Assembly: GCA_013289665.1 (NCBI GenBank)
Contig: JABCZN010000011.1
Coordinates: 31,023-95,022 of the forward strand
Direction: 5' to 3'
Length of the DNA: 64,000 bases
Source: Acidobacteriota bacterium
Lineage (GTDB): Bacteria; Acidobacteriota; Terriglobia; Acidiferrales; UBA7541
Of this stretch, positions 49,745-61,580 are shown piece by piece. The notes beneath the pieces were generated by a model. That model had not been told where the DNA came from. It saw only the letters and a program-made list of their open reading frames with translations, and searched no databases. The position numbers and the translations under genes are program-made. Position 1 is the stretch's first letter. Every line of letters starts with the position of its first letter.

Positions 49745-50677
49745 ATGAACACTGCCAGGCGTCCCCAACTCATCCTGGGCCTTGCCGCGCTGCTCTCGGT
49801 GGGCGTATTCGCGGGTATTTTTCAAACTACCGCGCGCGCGGACGAAATCCACCTGAAAGACGGCAAGCGACTGCACGGCGTAATCGTGGCGTATGAAGAC
49901 AACATGTTCAAGGTCAAGACAGACTTCGGCTATGTGCTGGTGGAGAAGGACAAGATCGCATCGATCATTCCGGACACTCCCGCCGAGGAAGCGGGAATGA
50001 ACGGAGCGGCCAAACCGGCGGCCAAGAGTGAATCGGCAGCAAAGGCTTCGGCGATTGTGAACAATTCCGCGGCCCGCCCGGAAATTCCGCTGACCACCGC
50101 GAAGGGAGACGTGACTCCGCCGCCGATCAAGGCCGTGAGCGCCACGCCGAAGACGGCGCTGGCGACACCTGTGGCCCCGCCGCCTCCGCCAAAGGAAGAA
50201 CCTCCGCCGATTCGGGAAGAGATTCAGGGGAATCTCTACCTCAACCACGAGTTTCTATTCCGGATGTACAAGGCGCCAAGCTGGCAGATTATCGCGGATG
50301 CCGGGCAGAACTTGCCGAACGCCATCGTGGCCATGGGCACGAGCAACGAGTCGACGCTGCTCGTGATCGGGCACGAAAAATCGAAGAGCGCTCTGGAGCC
50401 CTCGGCACAAGAGGTGGCGAACAAGCTCAGCCAGGTGTACGACAATTACCGGCTGATTTCCGAGCGCAAGACGGTTCTTGGCGGGTTGCCGGCGCTCGAA
50501 TACAAGTATCGCGGGATGGCCGATGGGCATGACTGGTCGGGAACGCTGGCGGTGGTCGCGCGCAATGGGGATCTGTTCACGGTTTTGGGAATGACCTACG
50601 CGGATACGGACCTGATCCAGATCCAGGAAAACGTGATCGCGCGCGCGATTTCGAGCATCGATTTCAACGTGAAATAG
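49745..50677 (+). CDS. Secreted protein: small N-terminal beta domain, Pro-rich linker, PsbP/Mog1-like C domain
   Basis: Signal peptide ending ARA-D, DEIHLKDG..G.I pattern, C-terminal alpha/beta pattern. Confidence 0.7.
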   Translation: MNTARRPQLILGLAALLSVGVFAGIFQTTARADEIHLKDGKRLHGVIVAYEDNMFKVKTDFGYVLVEKDKIASIIPDTPAEEAGMNGAAKPAAKSESAAKASAIVNNSAARPEIPLTTAKGDVTPPPIKAVSATPKTALATPVAPPPPPKEEPPPIREEIQGNLYLNHEFLFRMYKAPSWQIIADAGQNLPNAIVAMGTSNESTLLVIGHEKSKSALEPSAQEVANKLSQVYDNYRLISERKTVLGGLPALEYKYRGMADGHDWSGTLAVVARNGDLFTVLGMTYADTDLIQIQENVIARAISSIDFNVK

Positions 50678-50694
50678 CGGAAAGTGTTGGGTGT

Positions 50695-51714
50695 TTAGCC
50701 GACGGTGACTTCGATGGTGTGATAGCCGGTGGCGCCGTCGGGCCATTCGCCGCTGTCGATCGAGGATTGCAGCTTGCCGCGGCCGTCGGTGGCGCGGGCC
50801 TTTAGTGTCTGCTTCCCTTTCGGTGCATTTTTCCAGACAAATTTCCAGAGGGCCCAGACCTGTGAGGGGTGCGGGTTGCTGAAGATTTCCACTTCCTGCC
50901 AGTGACTCCCGCCGTCGGTGGAAATTTCAACCTTGGAGATGCCGGACGTATCGCCGATGGCGTAGCCGGTGACGACGAACGTGCCGCCGGTGATCCGGGT
51001 GAGATTGCGGGGATCGTCAATGACGCCTTGCGTCCTGCGATCGCCGGTGTTCGACCAGCCTTGGCGTTCCCAAAAACCCAGATATTCCTTGTCCACAAAT
51101 TCGATGCGCGTGAGCCACTTGGGCATTTTCATGCCGTAGCGGCCGGGCATGAGCACGCGCAGCGGGAAACCATGCTGGCGCGGGAGCGGTCGACCGTTGA
51201 TGTCGTAGGCGAGAAAGTTTAGGGAATCGTCGAACCGGGAGATGGGATGCCCGGTGGTGTAGCCTTCGGCGGCGTAGAAGACGGCATATTTTGCCGCGGG
51301 GAGAGCTCCCGCGCGATCGATGAGCGGCTTCAGCAATGTCCCGGTCCATCTGGCGTTGCCGATGAAGCGGCCGCCGACGGAATTGGAGATGCATTCCAGA
51401 GTGAGGATGGTTTCGTAGGGAGGAAGCGCGCGAATTTCGTCATAGCTGAAACGCAGGGGATTTCGTACGAGGCCGTCAATCGTCAGGGACCACTTTTTTT
51501 CATCGACAGCGGGTTCACCGTGAGAGGAGGTGAGATAGAAGTCTTCTGTGGGAGTGATTGCGCGAAGAGCCGCCAGCGGGCCGTCATTCAGATAGGCGCG
51601 AATGTTGGCATTGCCTACATTTGTGCCACGCATGAGATAGCGATAGACGACACCCGGAATCAGCAAGCCGAAGCCCAGGCCCCCGGCGACAGAAATGAAG
51701 TGGCGGCGTTCCAT
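50695..51714 (-). CDS. Sulfite oxidase-family molybdoenzyme with Tat signal
   Basis: RRHF Tat motif, TLECISN Mo-ligand Cys, HGFPLR..PG.YG.K..KW, C-terminal dimerisation domain. Confidence 0.88.
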   Translation of the reverse strand: MERRHFISVAGGLGFGLLIPGVVYRYLMRGTNVGNANIRAYLNDGPLAALRAITPTEDFYLTSSHGEPAVDEKKWSLTIDGLVRNPLRFSYDEIRALPPYETILTLECISNSVGGRFIGNARWTGTLLKPLIDRAGALPAAKYAVFYAAEGYTTGHPISRFDDSLNFLAYDINGRPLPRQHGFPLRVLMPGRYGMKMPKWLTRIEFVDKEYLGFWERQGWSNTGDRRTQGVIDDPRNLTRITGGTFVVTGYAIGDTSGISKVEISTDGGSHWQEVEIFSNPHPSQVWALWKFVWKNAPKGKQTLKARATDGRGKLQSSIDSGEWPDGATGYHTIEVTVG

Positions 51715-51803
51715 GACGAGTTAGATGAGCAACTGTGGGAAAAGGTATCATGCGCGGGCCGCCGGGACCACGCTCCGCGCGGGAGCGGGTGCTTTCGGGC
51801 CAG

Positions 51804-52703
51804 TCAGTCGTGCACTTCGACAGGTTTGCGGAGTTCGCGAATCATGTTGATGAGGGCCTGAACGGCTCGCGGCAAGCTGCGGTCGCGGCGGTAGACGAGC
51901 GCGAGTTCCCGCCAGAGGTCGACGCCCTCAACATTCAGGAGCTTGACTTCGCCGGTCTTCACCTGATCGCGGGCGAAGCTTTCGCTGATGATGGAAATGC
52001 CGACATCGGCGGCAACAAAAGTCTTGATCATGCCGATGCTGGGGAGCTCCATGGCCATCTGTAGGCGGGAACGATAGGGGCGAAACAGCTTGTCGAGCAC
52101 CTGTCGAGTGTAGCCGGTCCTCGGAAAAATCAGGGGCGTAGAGGCGATTTCTTCGAGGGTGACATGGCTGCGCTGCGAAAGAGGGTTTTTGGTGCTGACC
52201 ATGAAGCGCAGGCGGTCGCGATTGATCACGTGCATCTTGAGGTTGGGAGATTTCAGAGGGAGCGTGACGATGCCCAGATCGAGCGAGCCGTCCTCAAGCC
52301 GCTGCAGAATTTTGTGGCTGAAATTCCTGTAGATACTGATGTGCACGAGCGGATAGCGGCGCTTGAATTCGGAAAGGATGTCGGGGAGCAGGTACAGGCA
52401 GGTGGCTTCGTTCGCTCCGAAAGTCACCGGGCCTTGAACCACGCTGCCGCGGTCGGCCACGATTTGCATGGATTCGTCGCGCAGCCGGAGGAGGCGTTCG
52501 GCGTAATCAAAAAGTACCACTCCCGCGGGAGTCAGTTCGACGGATTTTGCGGAACGATCCAGAAGCTTCGCCTTGTAGGACTGCTCGAGCTGACGGATCT
52601 GCGCGCTGACGGCGGATTGCGAACGAAATACTTTCTGGCCGGCTTTCGAAAAGCTCTTCAGCTTGGCAACCTGGACAAATGTAGTAAGTTGATCGAAATC
52701 CAT
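51804..52703 (-). CDS. LysR-family transcriptional regulator
   Basis: SFSKAG....SQSAVSAQIRQLE HTH, LTPAG, substrate-binding domain. Confidence 0.92.
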   Translation of the reverse strand: MDFDQLTTFVQVAKLKSFSKAGQKVFRSQSAVSAQIRQLEQSYKAKLLDRSAKSVELTPAGVVLFDYAERLLRLRDESMQIVADRGSVVQGPVTFGANEATCLYLLPDILSEFKRRYPLVHISIYRNFSHKILQRLEDGSLDLGIVTLPLKSPNLKMHVINRDRLRFMVSTKNPLSQRSHVTLEEIASTPLIFPRTGYTRQVLDKLFRPYRSRLQMAMELPSIGMIKTFVAADVGISIISESFARDQVKTGEVKLLNVEGVDLWRELALVYRRDRSLPRAVQALINMIRELRKPVEVHD

Positions 52704-52766
52704 AGCCCCCACTCTCTGAAGATAAATATAGCGGATTCTACATTAGAAAATGATTAATGCGAATAC

Positions 52767-55700
52767 TCAGGCGTAGTGCGGAGCAGATGATTCCGGAACG
52801 GAAACGACCGCCGGCGCGGTGACGGCAACCGGGTCGCCCATGCCGCCCGAAAACGCGCGCCAAACGCCTTCGAGGGATTCCTGCAGATGAATCGGTTGGA
52901 TGCGGACGAAGTTGCCTAAAGACCGCTGGGCAAGGAAGCGCGCGGCGCGCGGACTGCCGGTGCGCTGGCGGTGAACCTCGATGAGCGCGCGCAGGCAGGA
53001 TTCCTCGTGCTCTTCCAGTTCGTGCGCCAACACAAATTCGCGATTGAGGACGTGTTCCATTTCGCTGCGCAGAACATACGCAAGGCCGCCGGTCATGCCG
53101 GACCCAAAATTGAGTCCGACGGGGCCGAGAATCGCGGCGATGCCGCCGGTCATGTACTCGCAGCCGTGCTGGCCCACGCCTTCGACAACGGCGACGGCGC
53201 CGCTGTTGCGAACTGCAAATCGCTCGCCGGCTTGCCCGGCGATAAATAGCTGGCCGGAAGTGGCGCCGTATAACACCGTGTTGCCGGCGAGCACGTCGCC
53301 TCGCTTGCACGCGTTGTGGCTGGCGCGGATGGTGATCAAGCCACCGGACAGGCCTTTGCCGACGTAGTCGTTCGCCTCGCCGTATAGGTTCAGGGCCAGA
53401 CCATCGGAAAGAAAGGCGCCGAAGCTTTGCCCCGCGGTGCCGTGAAAGTCGTGAACAGAGGGGGCCTGGTCGGGTTGCCGGAGACGAAGGCGCACGCGTT
53501 CGCCGCTCAGGTGGCTGCCAACGCTGCGGTGGAAATTGTTGATCAGCGTTGGACTGGTGGCCTCGGAATGCGCTTGTTCGAGGAGTTCCTCCACTTCCGC
53601 GCCGCTGGATTCGGGCACGGGAGTCTGTTGCGGCACGACCCGGGCCGGCTTGGAGACGGGAATGACGAGCAGGGCGTCGAGGCCGGATTTGGTTTCGAGG
53701 CGATCGTACCAACCACGAAGTTCGGTGAGTGAGCGGACGCCAAGCTCCGCCATGTTGCGGCGAATTTCCTCGGCGAGGGAATGGAAATAGGCGACGACCA
53801 TTTCCGGCTTGCCGTTGAAGCGAAGGCGCAGGGTTTCGTCCTGCGTGGCGATGCCGACGGGACAGGTGTTCAGATGGCACTGGCGGGCCATCACACAACC
53901 AATGGCGACAAGAGCCGCGGTGCCGAAGCCGAATTCGTCCGCGCCCAGAATGGCGCCGATCAGAATATCGCGCGCGAAGCGGAGTCCGCCGTCCACCCGG
54001 AGAGAAACGCGGGAGCGCAGGCCGGCGCGCAGGAGAGTTTCGTGAGTGTCGCGCAGGCCGATTTCCCAGGGCAGGCCCGTATTTTTGATCGAAGTGAGCG
54101 GAGAGGAACCTGTGCCACCGTTGTGGCCGCTGACGGTGATGACATTCGCGCCGGCTTTGGCGACGCCTGCCGCGATCACGCCGATCCCGGTGCCGGAGAC
54201 AAGCTTTACACCGATGCGGGCGCTCGGATTGACGGCGCGCAAATCGTGGATGAGTTGCGCGAGGTCTTCGATGCTGTAAATGTCGTGGTGCGGCGGAGGA
54301 GAAATCAGAGGAGTACCTGGAGTCGCGTGGCGAATGCGCGCGATATATTCGGTAACTTTGCGCGCTGGGAGCTGGCCGCCTTCGCCGGGCTTGGAGCCCT
54401 GGGCCATTTTGATTTCAAGTTCTTCGGCGCGGACCAGGTATTCGGCCGTCACTCCGAAGCGGCCGGAAGCGACCTGTTTGACCTTGCTCGCGGTACCCGG
54501 CGTGGCGTAGAGGCCAGGATCTTCGCCGCCCTCGCCGGTGTTGCTGCGCCCGCCGATCTGGTTCATCGCCATCGTCAGAGTCTTGTGCGCTTCGGGGCTC
54601 AACGAACCGAGGGACATGGCCTGCGTGCTGAAGCGCTTGAGAATGGATTCCAGGGATTCCACACCCGCAAGTGGAACCGGCTGCTCGGGCAGCATTTCCA
54701 GCAGATCTCGGAGAAATGTCGGCCCCACGGCTTTGCCAAGCTCTTCGACAGCCGAATAATTCTCAGGCTGCGCCTTGCGGGTGTGCGCGTGGAGGCGGCG
54801 GATAAATTCAGGCGAGTTCGCATGCAGTTCCGCGCCTTTGCGAAAACGGTACAAGCCAAAGTCGGGAAGATTTTCGCCGCTGATCGAGAAGGCGGTGGCG
54901 TGCATTTTCAAGTAGTCCTGCAGCACATTGAGCAGGGACTTCGTGCCGGGATAGCGGCCCGCGTCTTCAAAGAATTCGTGGCAAATCTGTTCTTCAAGGC
55001 CTAGCACTTCAAACAAATGGCTGTTGCGGTAGCTGGCGAGCGTGGAAATTCCCATGCGCGCGAGAACTTTGCGTAGGCCGTTGTACATGCCCGAGCGAAC
55101 TTTGCTGAACGCGCCCGGCTCTTCCATTTCGGCAAACTCTTCAGCGAGATACGGTACGACGGCACTCGCGCCGGCAGCCAATAGCATCGCGACATGGTGC
55201 GTGTCAAAAACCTGAGCGCTTTCAACGATCAGAGGCACGTCCGCGTGGCCTTGGCGCACCGCGGTCTTCCAAAGTTTCGCGGCCGCCAGTAGAACGGGCA
55301 GCGCGGCGCGCTCGGCACTCACATTTCTATCGGAGAGGAGGAGGAGCCCCGGGCGCTCGCCGTTACTCAGAGGGGTAGTTAAGCACTGAGTGAGACAGCG
55401 GCGCGCTCCCGAGACCCCATTGTTGGCAGGAAAGCTTGTGTCAACGACTTGCAGCTCAGGGATTGCTGCACAGAGCGCCGTAAGCTCAGCGGCGCTAAGA
55501 ATGGGGCCCGGCAAGCAGAGCGACTTGCCGAGCGAAACTTCCAGGGACATCACGTGGGCTTCGCGCAACGGATCGATGGGAGGATTTGTAACCTGCGCGA
55601 AACGTTGTTTGCAGTAGTCCCAAAGCGGGCGCGCGAACGTGGAAAGGAACGCGGGAGGAGCGTCGTCGCCCATGCTCCAATCGGCTTCCTTGCCGGCGAG

Positions 55701-57113
55701 AAGCGGGTGAAAAAGAATTTTGTATTGATCGTCGGTCCAGCCGGAAGCACCCGCAAGACGCTTGGGCTCGGCAATCTTTGGGCGCGGACCATCGCTGGCG
55801 AGATGGACCAGCGAGGGGACAGCGGTTGTCTTGCGCTGGACTTGCGTGGTCACGCTCTTCAGGAGTTCGCGCCAACGCAGGAACACGCCCGATCGTGGCG
55901 TGGCAAGAATCATTTCGCCGGGGCCCAGGCGGTGGCGTTCCGCGACGCGCGATTCCTCCAGGTCAACCAGGCCCGTTTCACTGCCGGCGATCACCAAGCC
56001 ATCGTGTGTGACGAGATAGCGCATGGGGCGCAAGCCATTGCGATCGAGCTTTACGCCGACAGAAAGGCCATCACTGAATACCATCGCGGCGGGCCCGTCC
56101 CATGGCTCTCCTTCGCGGGAGAGCACTTCGAGCGTGCGGCGAACGTCGGAGGAGAGGAACGGATCTTCCGCGAAGGCCGTCGGCACCAGCGCGAGCATCG
56201 AGGTTTCGGCGGATTTTCCTTCCAGCAGTTTCAATTCGAGCGCATTGTCGAAACTCGCTGAATCGCTGACGCAGTCTTCGAGCATGTGAAACCACTCGCC
56301 GACACCGATACTCTTGCGCACTTCGCGTTCGCGGGCGCGCAGCCAGCGGCGATTGCTGACGATGGTGTTGATTTCCCCGTTGTGGGCCACGTAGCGAAAC
56401 GGCTGGGCAAGCTGCCAGGAAGGCTCCGTGTTTGTCGAGTAGCGCTGGTGAAAAATGGCGAAGTGCGCGGTAAACTCCGGATTGCGGAGATCCTCGTAAA
56501 AATGTGGGAACTGCCAGGGCGTCAGGAGGCCCTTGTACACAATCGTGCGCGAGGAGAGCGACGCGATATAGCACCGCTCGGGCAGGAGCGATTCCGCGCG
56601 CTTGCGAAGCAGCGCGAGTGAGCGCTCGAATTTTGCTGCCAAATCGGCAGCCGGCGTTTTCGCGGGGGCCGGCTCGATGAAAAACTGCCAGATTTCGGGC
56701 ATGGTCTCAAAGGCACGCTGTCCGAGGGCATTCGGGTTGACGGGAACCTTGCGCCAGCCCGCCAGACGCAACTTGCTGCGGCCGATGGCTTCTTCCACGG
56801 ATCGTCGGGCGTCGGCGACACGTGTATGCGGCACAAAGAGCATGCCCACGCCAAAATATTCGCCGAGGGCGATCTGGAGTTCGGCGGCGCGGGCGCGCAA
56901 AAACTCGACAGGCAAGCTGCTCAGAATCCCGGCACCATCGCCGCTGGCACCGTCGGCGTCCACTCCCCCGCGGTGAGAAAGGCGCTCCAGGGCCTGCAGC
57001 GCGAATTGAAGGATTTCGTGGGTGGGAGGCCCGGCAAGGCGCGCGACAAAACCCGTCCCACAGGCATCGTGGTCCGGGTGCCCCCAGTTCGGCTGGCGCC
57101 GCTTGCTACACAT
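52767..57113 (-). CDS. gltB: Glutamate synthase large subunit
   Basis: DACG N-terminal nucleophile, HNGEINT, KQVASGRFGV, KPGEGGQL, 3Fe-4S CVMARQCHLNTC, GXGXG domain. Confidence 0.95.
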   Translation of the reverse strand: MCSKRRQPNWGHPDHDACGTGFVARLAGPPTHEILQFALQALERLSHRGGVDADGASGDGAGILSSLPVEFLRARAAELQIALGEYFGVGMLFVPHTRVADARRSVEEAIGRSKLRLAGWRKVPVNPNALGQRAFETMPEIWQFFIEPAPAKTPAADLAAKFERSLALLRKRAESLLPERCYIASLSSRTIVYKGLLTPWQFPHFYEDLRNPEFTAHFAIFHQRYSTNTEPSWQLAQPFRYVAHNGEINTIVSNRRWLRAREREVRKSIGVGEWFHMLEDCVSDSASFDNALELKLLEGKSAETSMLALVPTAFAEDPFLSSDVRRTLEVLSREGEPWDGPAAMVFSDGLSVGVKLDRNGLRPMRYLVTHDGLVIAGSETGLVDLEESRVAERHRLGPGEMILATPRSGVFLRWRELLKSVTTQVQRKTTAVPSLVHLASDGPRPKIAEPKRLAGASGWTDDQYKILFHPLLAGKEADWSMGDDAPPAFLSTFARPLWDYCKQRFAQVTNPPIDPLREAHVMSLEVSLGKSLCLPGPILSAAELTALCAAIPELQVVDTSFPANNGVSGARRCLTQCLTTPLSNGERPGLLLLSDRNVSAERAALPVLLAAAKLWKTAVRQGHADVPLIVESAQVFDTHHVAMLLAAGASAVVPYLAEEFAEMEEPGAFSKVRSGMYNGLRKVLARMGISTLASYRNSHLFEVLGLEEQICHEFFEDAGRYPGTKSLLNVLQDYLKMHATAFSISGENLPDFGLYRFRKGAELHANSPEFIRRLHAHTRKAQPENYSAVEELGKAVGPTFLRDLLEMLPEQPVPLAGVESLESILKRFSTQAMSLGSLSPEAHKTLTMAMNQIGGRSNTGEGGEDPGLYATPGTASKVKQVASGRFGVTAEYLVRAEELEIKMAQGSKPGEGGQLPARKVTEYIARIRHATPGTPLISPPPHHDIYSIEDLAQLIHDLRAVNPSARIGVKLVSGTGIGVIAAGVAKAGANVITVSGHNGGTGSSPLTSIKNTGLPWEIGLRDTHETLLRAGLRSRVSLRVDGGLRFARDILIGAILGADEFGFGTAALVAIGCVMARQCHLNTCPVGIATQDETLRLRFNGKPEMVVAYFHSLAEEIRRNMAELGVRSLTELRGWYDRLETKSGLDALLVIPVSKPARVVPQQTPVPESSGAEVEELLEQAHSEATSPTLINNFHRSVGSHLSGERVRLRLRQPDQAPSVHDFHGTAGQSFGAFLSDGLALNLYGEANDYVGKGLSGGLITIRASHNACKRGDVLAGNTVLYGATSGQLFIAGQAGERFAVRNSGAVAVVEGVGQHGCEYMTGGIAAILGPVGLNFGSGMTGGLAYVLRSEMEHVLNREFVLAHELEEHEESCLRALIEVHRQRTGSPRAARFLAQRSLGNFVRIQPIHLQESLEGVWRAFSGGMGDPVAVTAPAVVSVPESSAPHYA

Positions 57114-57206
57114 AGCAGAGTAATAGAGGTTGCCAGCGGCGAAGTACAATGCAGAATTTTGCTGGAATGTATCGGGATTCTGGGGGCCCGAGTTTGGGCA
57201 ACTACC

Positions 57207-58613
57207 TTAGAACTTCGTAACTTCACTGAGGTGAAAATTGCTGATTTTCATTGGGGGAACAACCATCTCGAAGGATTCCTCGGCGGTCGCCCGGCGGGAG
57301 GGTCCCAGGGCTTCGACACTCTTTAGCATCTGCAAAATCGATTGATTGAATCGAAAATTCCGCACCGAACGGGCCACTTTGCCCTTTTCAACGAGAAATA
57401 AGCCGTCGCGAGTCATGCCCGTCATCACTTTTTCGTAAGGGTCGAGTTCGCGAATGTACCAGAGGCGGGTGACCAGCAGGCCGCGATCGGTGCCGGCGAT
57501 CATTTCTTCGACCGATGTTTTGCCACCGCCGATCACCAGATTCATAGGCGCTTCCCCGTACTCATTCGGCAATGCGAAACCGTGACCTGTCGGACGTGTG
57601 CCGGCTTTTTTTGCCGAGCGGCGAGAGTAGACGAGGTTGCGGGGAACACCGTTGTCCACAAGAATCACCGGCTGGCGCGGGCTGCCTTCGCCATCGAACG
57701 GCGCGCCGAGCTGTTCGGGATGATAGACGTCATCCCTGATGCTGATATTTTCCCCAAGGAGCGGCTTGCCGAGACGGCCGGAAAAGCAGGAGCGCTGGTC
57801 CCGCACGGCAGTGGCTGCGAAATCATAAAAAAGAAAACCGACGAGATCGAGCACCGCGGCAGGTTCGAGGATGACGGTATAGCGGCCGGGCGCGAGCTCC
57901 GTCGGATTTTCCGCGCGGGCGGCTTTTTCGCTGGCGGTTTTTGCGAGGGCCATCGGATCGACGGCGCGGAAGTCACTGGCGTTGCCCTTGGCCCAGCTGG
58001 TAGCGGAGCCCTGCTGCATGGTGACGGAAAATTCCGCCTGGGTCTGTCGGTAAGCGGCGAAGAGGCCGCGGGAATTGGCGAGGACGGACTGGCTTTGTCC
58101 ACTGGAGAAAAGTCCGGCGGCGATCTGGCCCCTCGTTTCGGCGAGGGTGCAGGTGTTTTTCACGGCTCGGGCGCGAGAATCGGCGGAGAGCGCCGCCGTA
58201 GCGGAAGAGAATCGGCGAACGGCTCGGTAATTTTGCCTGGCGGGCAGCGGCAAAAGGCCGGGATCTCTGGGCTGGCTGGCGGCGAGTGATGCGGCGGATT
58301 CGATGGCGCCGCGGATCGCGTCCCCTTCGATGCGGTTGGTGGTGACGCGGGCAGTGCGGCCGTCCACCACGACGCGCAGGGAGACGGTGAGGCCGTGTTC
58401 GGCAACGTGCTGGTGGATGGAGTTGTTTGCGAAACGGGTGAGCGCGTCTATGACTTCATCCACGTGAACTTCGGTTTCGGGCATACCGGCGGTTTTGGCG
58501 ATCCGCAGAACGCGATCGGTGATGGCGCGCAATTCCCTTACCGTCCGAAGCTGTAGTTCGGCGCTGGCCGCGCGGCGACCGGAGTGTGAGCGGGTTTTTG
58601 TCGCGGCGCTCAT
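57207..58613 (-). CDS. tldE: TldE/PmbA-family protein
   Basis: TRFANN.I.Q, PGRYTVILEP, FDGEG, TGMTRDG; lacks HExxxH; overlaps the tldD stop. Confidence 0.85.
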   Translation of the reverse strand: MSAATKTRSHSGRRAASAELQLRTVRELRAITDRVLRIAKTAGMPETEVHVDEVIDALTRFANNSIHQHVAEHGLTVSLRVVVDGRTARVTTNRIEGDAIRGAIESAASLAASQPRDPGLLPLPARQNYRAVRRFSSATAALSADSRARAVKNTCTLAETRGQIAAGLFSSGQSQSVLANSRGLFAAYRQTQAEFSVTMQQGSATSWAKGNASDFRAVDPMALAKTASEKAARAENPTELAPGRYTVILEPAAVLDLVGFLFYDFAATAVRDQRSCFSGRLGKPLLGENISIRDDVYHPEQLGAPFDGEGSPRQPVILVDNGVPRNLVYSRRSAKKAGTRPTGHGFALPNEYGEAPMNLVIGGGKTSVEEMIAGTDRGLLVTRLWYIRELDPYEKVMTGMTRDGLFLVEKGKVARSVRNFRFNQSILQMLKSVEALGPSRRATAEESFEMVVPPMKISNFHLSEVTKF

Positions 58614-60070
58614 TCGTTTGAAAACGCCGTTCCGATTTTTATATTGCGAAAACGCGCGGGAGCTGCTCCGTGGCCGGTGCCCATGGTCTGCATCGGCTGG
58701 CCCTTGCCGCAGTTGGGCGTGCCCCAAAGCACCCAGTGATCCGCATTGCAGATAGCGTCACAGGAATTCCAGAATTCGGTGGTGATGCCGCTGTAGCTGG
58801 GATTTTTGAGCATGCGGGCTTTTTTCCCGCCTTTGATTTCCCAGGCGATTTCAGTGGAGAACTGAAACTGGTAGCGACGGTCGTCGATGGACCAGGAGCG
58901 GTTGGTTTCCATGAAGATGCCGTCGTCGGTGTCGGCAATCAGATTTTCGGGAGTCCAGGTGCCGGGGAGCAGGCTGACGTTGGTCATGCGAATCATCGGC
59001 AGGCGATTCCAGCTCTCGGTGCGCATGGTGCCGCCGGAGCGCTCGAGGCCGATGAGATGTGCGGTTTCGCGGCTGGAAAGATAGCCGCGGAATTCGCCGT
59101 CCTTGATGACGTCAATGCACTGCGCGGGAACGCCTTCGTCGTCGTAGGCGAAAGTGCCCAAGCCGGGGCCGTGCGCGGGGCGGGCATCGGCGACGACATT
59201 CACGATGGGCGAGGCGTAACGCAGGTTGTTCAATTTATCCAGGGTGAGGAAACTGGTCCCGGCGAAATTGGCTTCCTGGCCGAGGACTCGATCGAGTTCT
59301 ATGGGATGCCCGACGGATTCGTGAATCTGCAGGCCAAGCTGGCTGCCGCCGAGAATCAGTGTGGATTTCTTTTCGGGGCATTGCGCCGCAGAGTGGAGCG
59401 CGACCGCTTCTTCCGCCATTTGAGGGGCGTGCTTCAGCAGATCCATCGCTTCGATCAGTTCATAGCCTCCGAGGATATGTTGGCCGCCAAAGCTGTTCGG
59501 GTACGAACGCTTTTGAATGGCATCGCCTTTGAAGCAGGTCGCGACGATGCCGCAGCCGGAAAGGACCCGGCGCTGGTGAATTTTCGAGCCGGCGCTTGAG
59601 GCGAACCACGAATCGATCTTGCGGAATTGCATGTCGGTTTCAGTAAGCGTGACGCCTTTGACCTGGCGCATCGCCGCGTCGGCTTTGAGCAGCAGATCGA
59701 TTTGCGCTTCAAGCGGAATTTCAAACGGGTCTTTCTGGCAGGGCCCCTGCCAACTGTCCACATAGGAAGCTTCAGCGGCGAGCTGCACATCTTCTTTTTT
59801 CGCCAGAGCGGAGGCCTTGGCGACAGATACCGCCTGTGCGGCGCATACAGCGACGCCTTCACGGGTGAGTTGGTCGGTGGAGGCAAAGCCCCACGCGCCG
59901 TTGACGACAACTCGGATGCCCAGGCCGACGGATTCGCTCTGACCGAGCGTGCCGACTTCGCCGCTCTTCGTGGTCAGGTCAGACTGGCGCAGGTGCATGA
60001 CGCGGACGTCGGCATAGGTTGCGCCGCGAAGGCGAGCGACGTCGAGTGAATGTCCGCAGTAGTCCCACAT
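58610..60070 (-). CDS. tldD: TldD metalloprotease
   Basis: HESVGH zinc motif, YDDEG, RMTN, CGKGQP. Confidence 0.9.
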   Translation of the reverse strand: MWDYCGHSLDVARLRGATYADVRVMHLRQSDLTTKSGEVGTLGQSESVGLGIRVVVNGAWGFASTDQLTREGVAVCAAQAVSVAKASALAKKEDVQLAAEASYVDSWQGPCQKDPFEIPLEAQIDLLLKADAAMRQVKGVTLTETDMQFRKIDSWFASSAGSKIHQRRVLSGCGIVATCFKGDAIQKRSYPNSFGGQHILGGYELIEAMDLLKHAPQMAEEAVALHSAAQCPEKKSTLILGGSQLGLQIHESVGHPIELDRVLGQEANFAGTSFLTLDKLNNLRYASPIVNVVADARPAHGPGLGTFAYDDEGVPAQCIDVIKDGEFRGYLSSRETAHLIGLERSGGTMRTESWNRLPMIRMTNVSLLPGTWTPENLIADTDDGIFMETNRSWSIDDRRYQFQFSTEIAWEIKGGKKARMLKNPSYSGITTEFWNSCDAICNADHWVLWGTPNCGKGQPMQTMGTGHGAAPARFRNIKIGTAFSNE

Positions 60071-60170
60071 GCGAGTCACCTGGATTTGGGGCACCAAAAT
60101 TTTGGGGCGCCCCGACCCCGTCGAAACGCCCCGGTTTGAATCAACTGCGAATGCGGCGCGTCCGGGCGGT

Positions 60171-61463
<1,293 letters not shown>

Positions 61464-61580
61464 TTAGATTTGCACTCGCCGCGCGAATGATTGCACCGAG
61501 ACGCTTTCTGCCGCCAAGGCTGACCTACCTGTGGCAGAGAGGGAAAATGTCCTACGAAACCAGAAGGGCCGCGGCGAAAC

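Noticed and set aside
53781-55004. 407-aa plus-strand ORF
   Set aside because: Antisense to gltB; no independent coding signal
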